Source of the DNA: an uncultured Thermoplasmata archaeon
Lineage (GTDB): Archaea > Thermoplasmatota > DTKX01 > GCA-020343715
Reading direction: 5' to 3'
NCBI GenBank assembly: GCA_965369625.1
Contig: CBDUQW010000005.1
Span: forward strand, 1,562-65,561
DNA length: 64,000 nt
The notes below the pieces were generated by a model. That model ran no database searches and was not told the DNA's origin. It saw only the letters and a program-made list of their open reading frames with translations. The translations under genes and the position numbers were made by a program. Every line of letters starts with the position of its first letter. Position 1 is the stretch's first letter. Positions 28,359-38,900 of this stretch are shown one piece after another.

Positions 28359-29665
28359 ACCAGCGAGATCGCGACCTACCAGACAACAGGCATCCATTCC
28401 AGGACCACATCGAGACGGGCCAGGGCAGGCTGGGCCGTGTGGGCCAGGTGGCCACCATCGACGGCAAGTCCGGCCGCCTCGGGGTGACGCTGCCACCCAA
28501 CGGCTTTCGCAAGGACATCGAGGCCTGTGGCATCGCCGGCCTGATCAACGTGGACGGGACCCGGGAGACGGGCAAGCGGGTGATGGACATGATCACCACC
28601 ATGACCGACCGGGAGAACGGCCTCGGGGCCGGTTACGCCTGCTACGGCCTGTTCCCGGACAACGCAGACCAGTACTGCATCCAGCTGCTCCTCGACGACG
28701 AGGTGGCCAAGGAGCGGGTGGAGGAGCTGTTCAAGCAACGGGCCACGGTGGTCAAGGACGAGCGGGTCTTCACCCGCCACGTCAAGGGCATGAAGGGCCC
28801 CTACCCCCTCATCTGGCGGTTCTTCCTCGACGTCCCGGAGGACGCCATAGCGACGACCCCTAACATCGATTCCGCGGACGACTACGTCGTCGACATGGTG
28901 ATGCAGGTCAACTCCACCATCGACGGCGCCTTCTGCATGTCCTCGGGCAAGGACATGGCCGTCTTCAAGGGCAACGGCTGGTCGTACGAGATCGGGGAAT
29001 TCTACGACCTGGCCGAGCACTACAAGGGCTACATGTGGCTCAGCCATTCCCGGTTCCCCACCAACACCCCCGGGTGGTGGGGCGGCGCCCACCCCTTCAA
29101 CATCCTCGACTGGTCGCTGTGCCACAACGGCGAGATCACATCCTACGGCACCAACAAGCGCTACGTCGAGATGTGGGGCTACAAGTGCACCCTCCTGACC
29201 GACTCCGAGGTGGTCACGTACCTTTGGGACCTGCTGTGCCGCCGCCACGAAATACCCAAGCTCCTCGCCTCGGTGGCCATGGCCCCGGGCTACTACGAGG
29301 ACATAGAGCGGCTCCCCCAGGTCCAGAGGGACATCGCCCTGGCCCTGCGCGCCACCTACGGCCGTGCCATGATCAACGGTCCCTTCAGCATCCTGGTGGG
29401 CACCAACCGGCCCGAGCCCACCATGATAGCCCTCACCGACCGCAAGAAGCTCCGTCCGATGATAGCCGCCTCCACCGAGGACGGCAAAACCGTATTCGCC
29501 GCCTCCGAGGAGTGCGCCATCAAGCGGGTGTCCGACACCACCGACGTCTGGGCGCCCGTCACCGGCAACCCGGTCATCGTCCAGCTGAACAAGGGCATCA
29601 TCTGGAAGGGGCTGGACAACAGGATGGACGCCAAGGCCCTCCGCATAGAGGAGGTGAGGGCATGA
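28355..29665 (+). CDS. gltB1: Glutamate synthase domain 1 (class II glutamine amidotransferase)
   Basis: ACGIAG after a ~55-aa leader, HSRFPTNT, GAHPF, HNGEI, TDSEV, NGPF, DRKKLRP, ASEE; ATGA overlap with the upstream gene. Confidence 0.88.
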   Translation: MNQRDRDLPDNRHPFQDHIETGQGRLGRVGQVATIDGKSGRLGVTLPPNGFRKDIEACGIAGLINVDGTRETGKRVMDMITTMTDRENGLGAGYACYGLFPDNADQYCIQLLLDDEVAKERVEELFKQRATVVKDERVFTRHVKGMKGPYPLIWRFFLDVPEDAIATTPNIDSADDYVVDMVMQVNSTIDGAFCMSSGKDMAVFKGNGWSYEIGEFYDLAEHYKGYMWLSHSRFPTNTPGWWGGAHPFNILDWSLCHNGEITSYGTNKRYVEMWGYKCTLLTDSEVVTYLWDLLCRRHEIPKLLASVAMAPGYYEDIERLPQVQRDIALALRATYGRAMINGPFSILVGTNRPEPTMIALTDRKKLRPMIAASTEDGKTVFAASEECAIKRVSDTTDVWAPVTGNPVIVQLNKGIIWKGLDNRMDAKALRIEEVRA

Positions 29666-31197
29666 CCACCCCGATGGAGGGGCTGCGGATACCCATCCAC
29701 TCCCGTTACAAGATCGAGATAGACCGGGAGAGCTGCAAGATATGCAAGCGGTGCACCGTCAACTGCACCTTCGACGCCATGTCCTTCAACGGGGAGCGCA
29801 TCGTCCCGAACCACGACAACTGCGTCGCATGCCAGCGCTGCGCCGTGATGTGCCCCCAGGACGCCATCACCATCAAGAGGAACGAGACGGCCCTCCAGCC
29901 CCACGCGGCCTACGACGAGCGCATAAGGCGCATCGGCTGGGAGCAGGCCTCCACCGGCGGCGTGCTGCTGACCTCCTGCGGCAACGACCTTCCCTACAGG
30001 AACATCTTCGACGACCTGGTCCTGGACGCGGCCCAGGTCACCAACCCCGCCATCGACCCCCTAAGGGAGCCCATCGAGACCCGGACCTACCTGGGTCGCA
30101 AGCCCTCGAGACTGGAGTTCGAGGAGAGGGACGACGAGGTGGTGCTCAAGACCAGGATGCCGCCGAACATCGAGCTGTCCACCCCCATCATGGTGGGACA
30201 CATGTCCCTTGGTTCCATCAGCTACAACGCGCAGATCGCGCTGTTCAAGGCGGCCCAGGAGGTGGGCACCCTGGTGGGCACCGGCGAGGGGGGCCTGCAC
30301 CCCGACTTCTACAAGTACGCCGACGTGATCAACAGCGAGGTGGCCAGTGGCCGTTTCGGCATCAACCCTGACTACCTCAAGAAGGTCTCGGCCCTGGAGA
30401 TCAAGATCGGCCAGGGGGCCAAGCCCGGCCACGGCGGCCACCTGCCCGGGGAGAAGACCTCCCAGCTCATCTCCGAGACGCGGATGATACCCAAGGGCAC
30501 CGACGCGCTGTCCCCCTATCCCCATCACGACATCTACTCCATCGAGGACCTGCAGCAGCTGATATTCGCCCTCAAGGAGGCGAGCCGCTACCGGGTCCCC
30601 GTGGGCGTCAAGATAGCCGCGGTCCACAACAGCGCCGCCATCGCCTCGGGCATGGTGCGCGCGGGGGCCGACTTCATCACCATCGACGGGTTCCGTGGCG
30701 GCACGGGCGCCACGCCCCGCATCATCCGGGACCACGCGGGCATCCCCATCGAGCTGGCCATCGCCACCATCGACCAGCGCCTCCGCGAGGAGGGGATACG
30801 CCACAAGGCCACCCTCTGCGTGGGCGGGTCCATCCGCTATGCGGCCGACCTGGTCAAGGCCCTGGCCCTGGGCGCCGACGTGGCGATGATGTGCACCCCG
30901 GTGCTCATCGCCATGGGCTGCCGCGTGTGCCAGCAGTGCCACAGGGGCCAGTGCGCCTGGGGCATCGCCACCCAGGACCCGGCCGCCTCCCAGCGCATCG
31001 ACGTGGAGATCACGGCGAGGCGCATCGTCAACCTCTTCCACGCCTGGAACGAGGAGCTGAGGGAGATATGCGGCGCGATGGGCATCGACTCGGTGGAGAG
31101 CTTCGTGGGCAACCGGGACCGGCTCCGGTACGTGGGACCGAACCCCAGGATAGCCGACATCCTGGGCGTCAAGCACGCCGGAGAGGCGTGGGGGTGA
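29662..31197 (+). CDS. gltB2: Glutamate synthase domain 2 (FMN-binding) with N-terminal 2x[4Fe-4S] ferredoxin domain
   Basis: Two CxxCxxCxxxC, MSLGS, TGEGG, VASGRFG, EIKIGQGAKPGHGGHLPG, HHDIYSIEDL, CRVCQQCHRGQC; ATG 29662 (ATGA overlap). Confidence 0.93.
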   Translation: MTTPMEGLRIPIHSRYKIEIDRESCKICKRCTVNCTFDAMSFNGERIVPNHDNCVACQRCAVMCPQDAITIKRNETALQPHAAYDERIRRIGWEQASTGGVLLTSCGNDLPYRNIFDDLVLDAAQVTNPAIDPLREPIETRTYLGRKPSRLEFEERDDEVVLKTRMPPNIELSTPIMVGHMSLGSISYNAQIALFKAAQEVGTLVGTGEGGLHPDFYKYADVINSEVASGRFGINPDYLKKVSALEIKIGQGAKPGHGGHLPGEKTSQLISETRMIPKGTDALSPYPHHDIYSIEDLQQLIFALKEASRYRVPVGVKIAAVHNSAAIASGMVRAGADFITIDGFRGGTGATPRIIRDHAGIPIELAIATIDQRLREEGIRHKATLCVGGSIRYAADLVKALALGADVAMMCTPVLIAMGCRVCQQCHRGQCAWGIATQDPAASQRIDVEITARRIVNLFHAWNEELREICGAMGIDSVESFVGNRDRLRYVGPNPRIADILGVKHAGEAWG

Positions 31198-31203
31198 GCA
31201 AAG

Positions 31204-32064
31204 ATGGCAGGGACTCTGAAGGAGTACGGGAGCAGGACGAGCGAGCCGGAGGAGGGCACGCTGCCCGAGGGGGCAGTGCTGGTGAACGCCTGGTCGATAG
31301 AGGACGACAGACCTCTCAAGTTCTTCGACCTGAACGCGCGCATCCACCAGATCGCGGACGAGGGGCACAAGCACATCGTGGTCATCAACGTGCTGGGCCA
31401 GAGGTTCATCTGCGCCGGAATGGAACACCAGGACATCAAGGTGGACATCTACGGCACGCCGGGCAACGACCTGGGCGTGTTCATGGACGGACCCGTGATC
31501 GAGGTGTTCGGCAACGCCGAGGACCAGGCGGGCAACACCCTCAACTCGGGCAAGATCATCATCCACGGCAACGCCTGGGACGTGACGGGCCTCGCCGCCC
31601 GGGACGGCAGCATCCTCGTCAAGGGCCACGGCGGCTACCGCATCGGCATCCACATGAAGGAGTACCAGGACTACCGGCCCGTGGTGGTGTACGGCGGCGC
31701 CGTCAAGGAGTTCTTCGGAGAGTACATGGCGGGAGGCGTCCTGGTCGCCCTGGGCATGGACATCGACGAGGAGGGCGATGCCACCGACGTCCCCGCCGAC
31801 AAGGTGGTGCGGGGAAGCCTGGGCAGCGGCATCCACGGCGGCGCCATCTACGTGCGGGGCGACGTGCCCGAGCACTTCCTGGGCGTAGCAGCCTCCCTCC
31901 AGACCTTCGAGGACGCCGACAGGCTCACCCTTCAGCCCATCCTCGAGGAGTTCTGCGGACACTTCGGGGTGGACATCGACCACATCTGGACCAGGGACTT
32001 TGTCAAGATAGCCCCCGCATCCAGCAGACCCTACGGTGGGTACTACAATCCACGGTCCGTGTAG
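31204..32064 (+). CDS. gltB3: Glutamate synthase domain 3 (GXGXG beta-helix)
   Basis: GQRFI, GTPGNDLGVFMDG, GYRIGIHMKEY, GEYMAGG, GIHGGAIYVRG. Confidence 0.9.
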   Translation: MAGTLKEYGSRTSEPEEGTLPEGAVLVNAWSIEDDRPLKFFDLNARIHQIADEGHKHIVVINVLGQRFICAGMEHQDIKVDIYGTPGNDLGVFMDGPVIEVFGNAEDQAGNTLNSGKIIIHGNAWDVTGLAARDGSILVKGHGGYRIGIHMKEYQDYRPVVVYGGAVKEFFGEYMAGGVLVALGMDIDEEGDATDVPADKVVRGSLGSGIHGGAIYVRGDVPEHFLGVAASLQTFEDADRLTLQPILEEFCGHFGVDIDHIWTRDFVKIAPASSRPYGGYYNPRSV

Positions 32065-32070
32065 GACGGA

Positions 32071-33096
32071 CTACCGCTGGGGCTCGATGATGACCTTCAG
32101 CGAGTCGACGGGGTCGGCCACCAGGCCGAATCCCTCCTGTATCTGGGAGAGGGGCAACCGGTGGCTGATGAGGTCCCTGACGGGCACCCTTCCCGTGCGG
32201 ATGAGATCGATGGCCACCTTGATGTCCCTGGGGGAGGCGGCGTAGGTCGTCACGATGGAGACCTCGTCGGCCCAGAGCCTGTTGAAGGGCATGGGCAGCT
32301 GAAGGTCGGGGGACGAGGGCGCGAAGAAGAGGATGGTCCCTCCCGCGTCCACCAGGTCGAAGGCCTGCTCGAGGGCGGGGGGCGCCCCCGTGGCCACCAC
32401 GACCAGGTCCGCCAGCTTGTCGTCGTTGCAGCTCCTCAACCTCGCGACCAGGTCGTCTCCTGCCATGCAGCACTCGTCCGCGCCGCAGTCGGAGGCGGCC
32501 TCGAGCCGCGATTCGAGGACATCGGAGGCCAGCACCAACCCGGCCCCCAGGGCCTTGGCGAGCCGGATGTGGAGCAGGCCCGTCAGGCCCGAACCCAGCA
32601 CGGCCACGGTGTCGCCCGGGTGGAGCCCCGCCCGCCGCTGGCCCCTGAACACGCAGCCCAGGGGCTCGATGAAGACCGCCTCGTCGTAGCCCATGCCATC
32701 GGGGAGCTTGAAGGTGCCGTTGGTGACATTGACCGCCGGGACCCTCACGAACTCGGCGAAGCCTCCCGGGTCGAAGTTGGTCGACCGCAGCTGGGCGCAG
32801 GTGGAGTGGTGGTCCTTGAGGCAGTAGTGGCACATGTTGCATGGCACGTGGTGGGATACGAAGACCCGGTCGCCCTCGGAGAAGGTTCCGATGTCCTCCC
32901 CAACCTTGACCACCTCGCCGCCTATCTCGTGGCCCAGGACGCATGGCGCCTTCTTGGCCCGGTACCACTCCATGACATCGCTGCCGCAGATACCGCTGGC
33001 CATGACCTTGACCAACAGCTCGTTCTCCCCTATCTCGGGAACTGGCCGTTCCTCGACCCGGACATCTGAGTTGCTGTAGTAGACGCCTACGCGCAC
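32071..33096 (-). CDS. Zn-dependent MDR alcohol dehydrogenase (iditol/threonine DH-like)
   Basis: GICGSD, GHE, CNMCHYC...C, EPLGC, GSGLTG. Confidence 0.92.
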   Translation of the reverse strand: MRVGVYYSNSDVRVEERPVPEIGENELLVKVMASGICGSDVMEWYRAKKAPCVLGHEIGGEVVKVGEDIGTFSEGDRVFVSHHVPCNMCHYCLKDHHSTCAQLRSTNFDPGGFAEFVRVPAVNVTNGTFKLPDGMGYDEAVFIEPLGCVFRGQRRAGLHPGDTVAVLGSGLTGLLHIRLAKALGAGLVLASDVLESRLEAASDCGADECCMAGDDLVARLRSCNDDKLADLVVVATGAPPALEQAFDLVDAGGTILFFAPSSPDLQLPMPFNRLWADEVSIVTTYAASPRDIKVAIDLIRTGRVPVRDLISHRLPLSQIQEGFGLVADPVDSLKVIIEPQR

Positions 33097-33108
33097 GGTA
33101 TGCGTCCC

Positions 33109-33936
33109 CTATTGCTGGATGTCCCCTTCCTCGGCCGCCGCCGCGTCGCACTCGCGCTTGACGGCATCGAAGCGCTCCAGGGCCTCTTGTGGAGTGAGCC
33201 CCTCGTGGACGACGGCCCGGACGCCGTTGATCATGGGCACGGGGTCGTCGGACTGCCAGATGTTGCGGCCCATGTCGACCCCGACGGCGCCCTCGGAGAT
33301 GGCGTCGTAGGTCAGCTGGAGGGCGTCCAAGGGCGTGTCGCAGCGCTTGCCGCCCGCCATGACTATGGGGGCGGGACAGCCCTCCACCATCTTGTTGAAG
33401 CCCTCGGTGTAGTAGGTCTTGACGATGTGGGCGCCCAGCTCCGCCGCGATGCGGCATGCCAGGCCCAGGTACCGGGCGTCCCGGACCATCTCGCGGCCCA
33501 CCGCCGTCACGGCCAGCACCGGCATGCCGTGCTCCTCTCCCAGGTCCACCAGCTTGGCCAGGTTGGCCAGGGTCTGTTGCTCGTGCTTGGTGCCCACGAA
33601 GATGGAGATGGCGACGGCGGCCACGTTGAGCCGGATGGCGTCGGCGAAGGCGGTTGTGATGGTCTCGTTGCTGAGGGTCTCGCCCACCATGCTGGTGCCC
33701 CCTGATACACGCAGCACCACGGGGCCGTCCCACTCGGGTGGCACCGAGGTGCGCAGCACGCCCCTGGTGATCATCAGGGCGTCGGCGTAGGGTAGCAGCG
33801 GGGTGATGGTCTTCCTAGGGTTCTCCAGCTTGGTGGTGGGTCCCTGGAAGTAGCCATGGTCCACGGCCAGCATCACGGTCCTGCCCGTGTCGGGCTTGAT
33901 TATCCTCGAAATCCTGTTCTTCATGCCCCAGTCCAT
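33109..33936 (-). CDS. lsrF: LsrF-like class I aldolase/thiolase (DhnA family)
   Basis: MDWGMKNR...MLAVDHGYFQGP, AAELGAHIVKTYY, AGGK, GVDMGRNI. Confidence 0.88.
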   Translation of the reverse strand: MDWGMKNRISRIIKPDTGRTVMLAVDHGYFQGPTTKLENPRKTITPLLPYADALMITRGVLRTSVPPEWDGPVVLRVSGGTSMVGETLSNETITTAFADAIRLNVAAVAISIFVGTKHEQQTLANLAKLVDLGEEHGMPVLAVTAVGREMVRDARYLGLACRIAAELGAHIVKTYYTEGFNKMVEGCPAPIVMAGGKRCDTPLDALQLTYDAISEGAVGVDMGRNIWQSDDPVPMINGVRAVVHEGLTPQEALERFDAVKRECDAAAAEEGDIQQ

Positions 33937-34114
33937 CGGATGTTCCTCCTGCGGGTATCCTCGGGGATGAGTCCCGACGTTAATATTCCTTTGCGTGCCC
34001 CGTTCGACCGGTCCACCAGGCTACAATGGGATGGGAGGCCAATAGGTATCTATTTGAGGTTGAACGGCGGTTTATTCACGGGTTGGAATGAGGTTCTCGC
34101 TGGGTCGCTGGGAA

Positions 34115-34585
34115 ATGCATGGACATCATAGAGGACCTCTCGTGACCAGCTCCCTGGCATTCCTCCCCTTCCTTATCCTGGCCGCGCCCCCCAAGACGCA
34201 GCAGAGCGAGGACGAGCTCTTCGCCGTCATGTGCATAGCGTCGGTCCTCGCCGTCATCTTCCTGTGGATTTGGCCGGCCATCTGGATGTACCGGGACTCC
34301 AAGCGGCGGAGGAAGGAGGGCGCCCTCTGGTTGCTCATAGGCCTTCTCGCCCCCATCCTGGGGCCCATCATCTGGCTTGTCGTGAGGAACGACCCGGGAC
34401 CCCCTCAGCAGCCAGCGTACTACTACCCACCCCCGGCCGCCTACTACCCACCTCCCCAGTACCAGCAGCAGCAGCAACAGTACGATCCCTACGCACGGTC
34501 GGCCTACGACACCGTCGAGGTGGTCGAGATCGACACGGAGGAGGGGTACAACACCACCAGGCGAGACCCCTATCGCCGGTATTGA
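34115..34585 (+). CDS. Small membrane protein (PLDc_N-like hairpin) with Pro/Tyr/Gln-rich tail
   Basis: AIWMYRDSKRR...LWLLIGLL...IIWLVVR, then YYYPPPAAYYPPPQYQQQQQQY; start uncertain. Confidence 0.75.
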   Translation: MHGHHRGPLVTSSLAFLPFLILAAPPKTQQSEDELFAVMCIASVLAVIFLWIWPAIWMYRDSKRRRKEGALWLLIGLLAPILGPIIWLVVRNDPGPPQQPAYYYPPPAAYYPPPQYQQQQQQYDPYARSAYDTVEVVEIDTEEGYNTTRRDPYRRY

Positions 34586-34642
34586 GGCGAGGAGCTGGGT
34601 AAAGTATTAAAGGCCGTGATTGGATTTGTGGACGGGGTATTC

Positions 34643-35092
34643 ATGGTCTCTCTGACAGAATTCCGTGGAAAGATTACGTGGTTGGGCTCTCTCTTGGTCC
34701 TCTTCGCCACCGGGCCCATCTCGCAACAGGATGAAGGATTGTGGGCCCTCGGCGCCATCTGCGCGGTCTACATAGTAATATTCGTCGTATGGATCATACT
34801 GGCGATCTGGGTCTACAGGGACGCGAAGGAACGCGGCATGTCCGGTGTCCTCTGGCTCCTCATCGTGCTGCTGACCGGCATCCTCGGGCTGATCATCTAC
34901 CTGGTGGTACGGCATGACAAGCCGGCGTATCCAGCATACCAGCAGCCGTACGGGCAACCGTACCAACAGCCGTACCAGCAGCCCTACCAGGAGCAGCAGC
35001 CTGGTTACCAGCAGCCGTACGACCAGCAGCCGCCACAGCAGCCGCCACCGCAGCCGCAGCAGTACGACCCAGAGACGGGCCAGTACAAGTAG
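34643..35092 (+). CDS. Small membrane protein (PLDc_N-like hairpin) with QQPY-repeat tail; paralog of the previous gene
   Basis: AIWVYRDAKERGMSGVLWLLIVLLTGILGLIIYLVVR; TATTAAA just upstream. Confidence 0.8.
   Translation: MVSLTEFRGKITWLGSLLVLFATGPISQQDEGLWALGAICAVYIVIFVVWIILAIWVYRDAKERGMSGVLWLLIVLLTGILGLIIYLVVRHDKPAYPAYQQPYGQPYQQPYQQPYQEQQPGYQQPYDQQPPQQPPPQPQQYDPETGQYK
34937..35066 (+). repeat. Coding low-complexity repeat (TACCAGCAGCCG-like units encoding YQQP)
   Basis: Imperfect 12-bp units within the CDS. Confidence 0.7.
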
Positions 35093-35104
35093 GCACGCCC
35101 GGTC

Positions 35105-35899
35105 TCAACCCTGCTCCCCTAGCGCATCCGAGTCTGGGAACTCCACGTCCACCCGGATCTCGGAGCTGGTCCATCTACCCTGGTCTATCATGGTGGAGAC
35201 ATGGACCCTGGTGTGGTTGGTGGCAGCCTCGGGTGGGAGGTCGTCGGGCTCGACGGTGTAGGAGAAATGCAGGTCACCGCCGGTCATCGTCCTGTCCTCC
35301 CTATAGAGCTCCTCGGTCCGGTAGGCCTCGCCCTCGTAGACCCAGACCTCCACGTAGATCTGGAATGTGCCGAAGGCCTGGATGACATCGTACTCCAGGG
35401 TCGAGGTGGGAGGGGCTATGTGGGGGCCGACATCGCCAAGCAGGCCGTAACCGTGCTGCCAGAGGGGCCTGAGGTCCCGCTGGCGGCCCAGGTCCCTGGT
35501 GTTGTGCACGTCCTCTGGCTGGATGCCGACCCTCACCACGTCGGTCGAGTTGCGCCCGCCCCCGTCACGGACGGTGAGGGTGACGTTGAACCAACCACCG
35601 GTCTCGAAGAGATGGGTCACCTCGGTTCCGTTCGCGGTATGGCCATCCCCGAACTCCCAGAAGAAGACCTCGATGTCTCCCTCGGACCCCTCGGCAGAGA
35701 AGGCGACCTCCTCGTTGGTCCTGGCGAGCTCCTTGGACACTGAGGCCCTGGCCTTGAGTGCGTCCTCGTCGCCAGAGTCGCTACCTCCCATCGTCACCGC
35801 GACGATGGCGAGGACGATCATGACCACCACGATGAACAGGAAGGCTGCTCCGAAGGATGCGGTCGATCGATTCCCTTCCGGTCTCCATGTGACCATCAC
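35105..35899 (-). CDS. Membrane-anchored PKD-domain protein
   Basis: N-terminal TM; WEFGDG...VTHLF...VTLTVRDGGG. Confidence 0.8.
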   Translation of the reverse strand: MMVTWRPEGNRSTASFGAAFLFIVVVMIVLAIVAVTMGGSDSGDEDALKARASVSKELARTNEEVAFSAEGSEGDIEVFFWEFGDGHTANGTEVTHLFETGGWFNVTLTVRDGGGRNSTDVVRVGIQPEDVHNTRDLGRQRDLRPLWQHGYGLLGDVGPHIAPPTSTLEYDVIQAFGTFQIYVEVWVYEGEAYRTEELYREDRTMTGGDLHFSYTVEPDDLPPEAATNHTRVHVSTMIDQGRWTSSEIRVDVEFPDSDALGEQG

Positions 35900-35911
35900 C
35901 GGCGTCCGGGA

Positions 35912-38900
35912 CTATCGTTCGTCATCGTATATGGGGGTTTCCTCTTCGGGTGGAGGTGCCTCCGCTGGGTCCTCGGACACATCCTTGGGACCCTCTTGGA
36001 CCTCTGATGCATCCTGTACACCCGGTCCCCCGGGACCGACGAGGTCCCTCTCCTCTCCGTCCTCGGAAGGCGCGCCTCGCATGCGGAGGAAGAGGAATGC
36101 CGCGAGGACCACGACGACCAGGATGATGACGGCGACCAGTATCAGGCCGCTTCCTCCCGACATCATGCCCTCCTCCTCGGTCACGATGACCGTGATGAAG
36201 CTCTCCGCCTCCGCCCCGTCGTCGTCCCGGATGGACAGGGTGACGGTGTACACGCCCTTCTCCTCGAAGGAGTGGGTGACCACGGTACCCGAGGCCAGGT
36301 TGCCGTCACCGAAGACCCATGTGATGGCCAGGTACTCGATGTCCGAGGCGCTGTCGTCGAGGCCGACCACTGAGAAGGTGAACTCCTCGCCTACCTTCGC
36401 CTCGGTCCTGTCGGCGGACGCGAGGCCCTCGGGCGACCGGTTCTTGACCACGACGACCAGGTAGAGCTCGGCCATGGCACCGTCGTCGTCCGTGACCAGG
36501 AGCACCACGTTGTGACTGCCCGACTGGTCCCAGCTGAAGGTCGCCTGCTTTCCTGTGGAGACCTGGCTCCCGGTGGTCCACTGGTAGGTGAGGGAACCCA
36601 GGTCGCTGGGGGTGTCCGTGGTCCCGATGGCGTCGAAGGTCACGGTCTCGTCCTCGAACACCGTCCCTGCGCTCTGGACCGCCTCGGGTACGGGCGGTAG
36701 GTTCACCACCTTGACCGGCATCTGGGCCGTGTGTTCCGCGCCGTCGTCGTCACGGACCGTCAGCACGATCACGTAGGTCCCCTTGGACCTGTAGGTGTGC
36801 TCCACCAGGGACTGGTCGGTCCAGTCAAGTACGGTGCCGTCCCCCAGGTCCCACCTGTATTCCAGCAGCTCCTGGTCGGAGGCCGTGTCGTAACCCGTCG
36901 CTTCCAGCTCGACGGAATCGTCCTCGTTCAGGGAGCCGGACGGGCCCGAGACGATGACCGTCGGCACTACGTTGGACACCTTGACCTGGGCAGTCGAGTT
37001 CGACCGTTCGCCGTCGTCATCGACGACGGTCAGGGTGACATTGTAGACGCCCTCCATTGTGTATGCATGGGTGACCCGCTGGACAGGTTTGCGCCGCCAG
37101 TCCGTCACGTTCCCGTCGCCGAAGTCGAAGCGCCATCTCAGGCCCTCCGAATCCGAGTAGGTGTCCGTGGCGGTGCCGAACACTGTGAACTCCTCGTCCT
37201 CGTCCAGGTCCTGTACCTGGATCGATAGGTCTGCCACGGGGACCATGTTGATTACGGTGACGTTGAAGGCTACCTTGCCTGTGGCCCCGTCCTCGTCCCT
37301 GGCCTCCACCTGGACCTCCAGGGTCCCGGATGTGCGGTACGTGTAGAGCCTCTTGGCCTCCATCAACCATCCTGTGGCGTTGCCGTCGCCGAAGTGGATG
37401 CGGTACTCGAGGCCGTCCTGGTCCGAGGGGGTGTCCATCGCCGTGGTCTCGATGAGGACCTGCTGGTCCTCGTACGACATCAGGTCACCAGGATGCATCA
37501 CGACGGGGGCCAGGTTCTCCACCACGATATCGATCTCGTCCGAGGACTGGGACCCGTCGTCGTCCCGGACGATGAGCATGGCCGTGTGGGACCCGCTGGT
37601 GGGCCAGCTGACCGTGGTCGTCGGGTCATCGGTCCATCCTCCATCAACGGTGTCCACGACCCATCGGTACTGCAGCGTGGCCATGTCGGACGGCGAATCG
37701 GTGGATGCGGAGCCGTTCAGCACCAGCACCCCGTCCTCGGCCAGGACCCGATCACCCCCGGCGTCGGCCGTGGGGAGGACGTTCCGGACGTCGACGAGGA
37801 ACGACGGGTCGGAAAGGTAGATGAAGGACTGGCCATCCAGTTCCATTCCCACGCCGACCCTGGGCCGGTATATCCCTCTGCGGGACCAGTTGACGGTCGT
37901 CGAGGGAACGGTGGTGCGGTCCTCGAGGACGCCATCCCCGTCCGTGTCCCAGTAGTATCCCGTGTGGTCCCCGGTGGTGGCCGCCACGGCGGTGGTGGTG
38001 AGGGTGACCGTCTGGTCCTCGAAGGGCGAGCCGACGTCCGCCGCCAGGTCGGGGACCATGCTCCCGTCGGCCTCGCTGACGGTGAGGGTGGTGTTCACCG
38101 CCACGTCGGTGAAGGTCATCTCCACACCGGAGGGGAACCTGACGGTGACCCAATCCGCCCGGTCCGCCTTGCCCATCCCGAACTCGACCACCAGGTCGTT
38201 CATCTGGGCATGTGAGCCCGTGCCGCCCTCCACGTCGCGGGTCATCGTGGTGTTGCCCACCCTCACGGTGACGCGGGTGCCCAGACCCATGGCGTTGGAA
38301 TCGGATCCCGTGGGCACGACCTTGAGCCAGCCGTTCGAGTTGCCCGAGTTGCGGAACAGGTGTATCCTGGACGGTCCGCTCAGGGGTGCCCGGCCGCCGG
38401 TGGCGAGGTCCAGGTCCCCGTCGTTGTCGTAGTCGGCCCACGCCGCCCCGTAGGTGTTCCACACCCGCAGTCCGACGTTGGTCGACACGTCCTCGAAGGT
38501 GCCGTCGCCCATGTTGAGGTACAAGAACGAGTAGGCGTAGTCGATGTTGTACACCTGGGGCATGAACACGTCCAGGTCGCCATCGTTGTCAACGTCCGCC
38601 CAGGCAATGCCGTCGTACAGCTCGTCGCCACGATAGGTCCCCGCCGCTCCGGTGGGCTTGTAGGGGATCCCCGTGTCGGGACGGACGTCGGTGAAGTTCC
38701 AGGCCGGCGGGCCGTTGTTGACGTAGAACTTGCTGTCGTCGCAGATGTATCCCCGGATGTCCCCCCCGCCCACGTACTTGTGGACCAGGTTGGCCTCCCA
38801 TATGTCCATGTAACCATCGTTGTTCCAGTCCGCCCAGGAGGACCCGATAGTGTGGCCGTAGTAGGGTCCCCGACCCCCATGGTAGAGGTCGTCCCCGGTG

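Noticed and set aside
34937-35066. Short tandem repeats as CRISPR or a non-coding VNTR
   Set aside because: They are in-frame codon repeats encoding YQQP, with no unique spacers.
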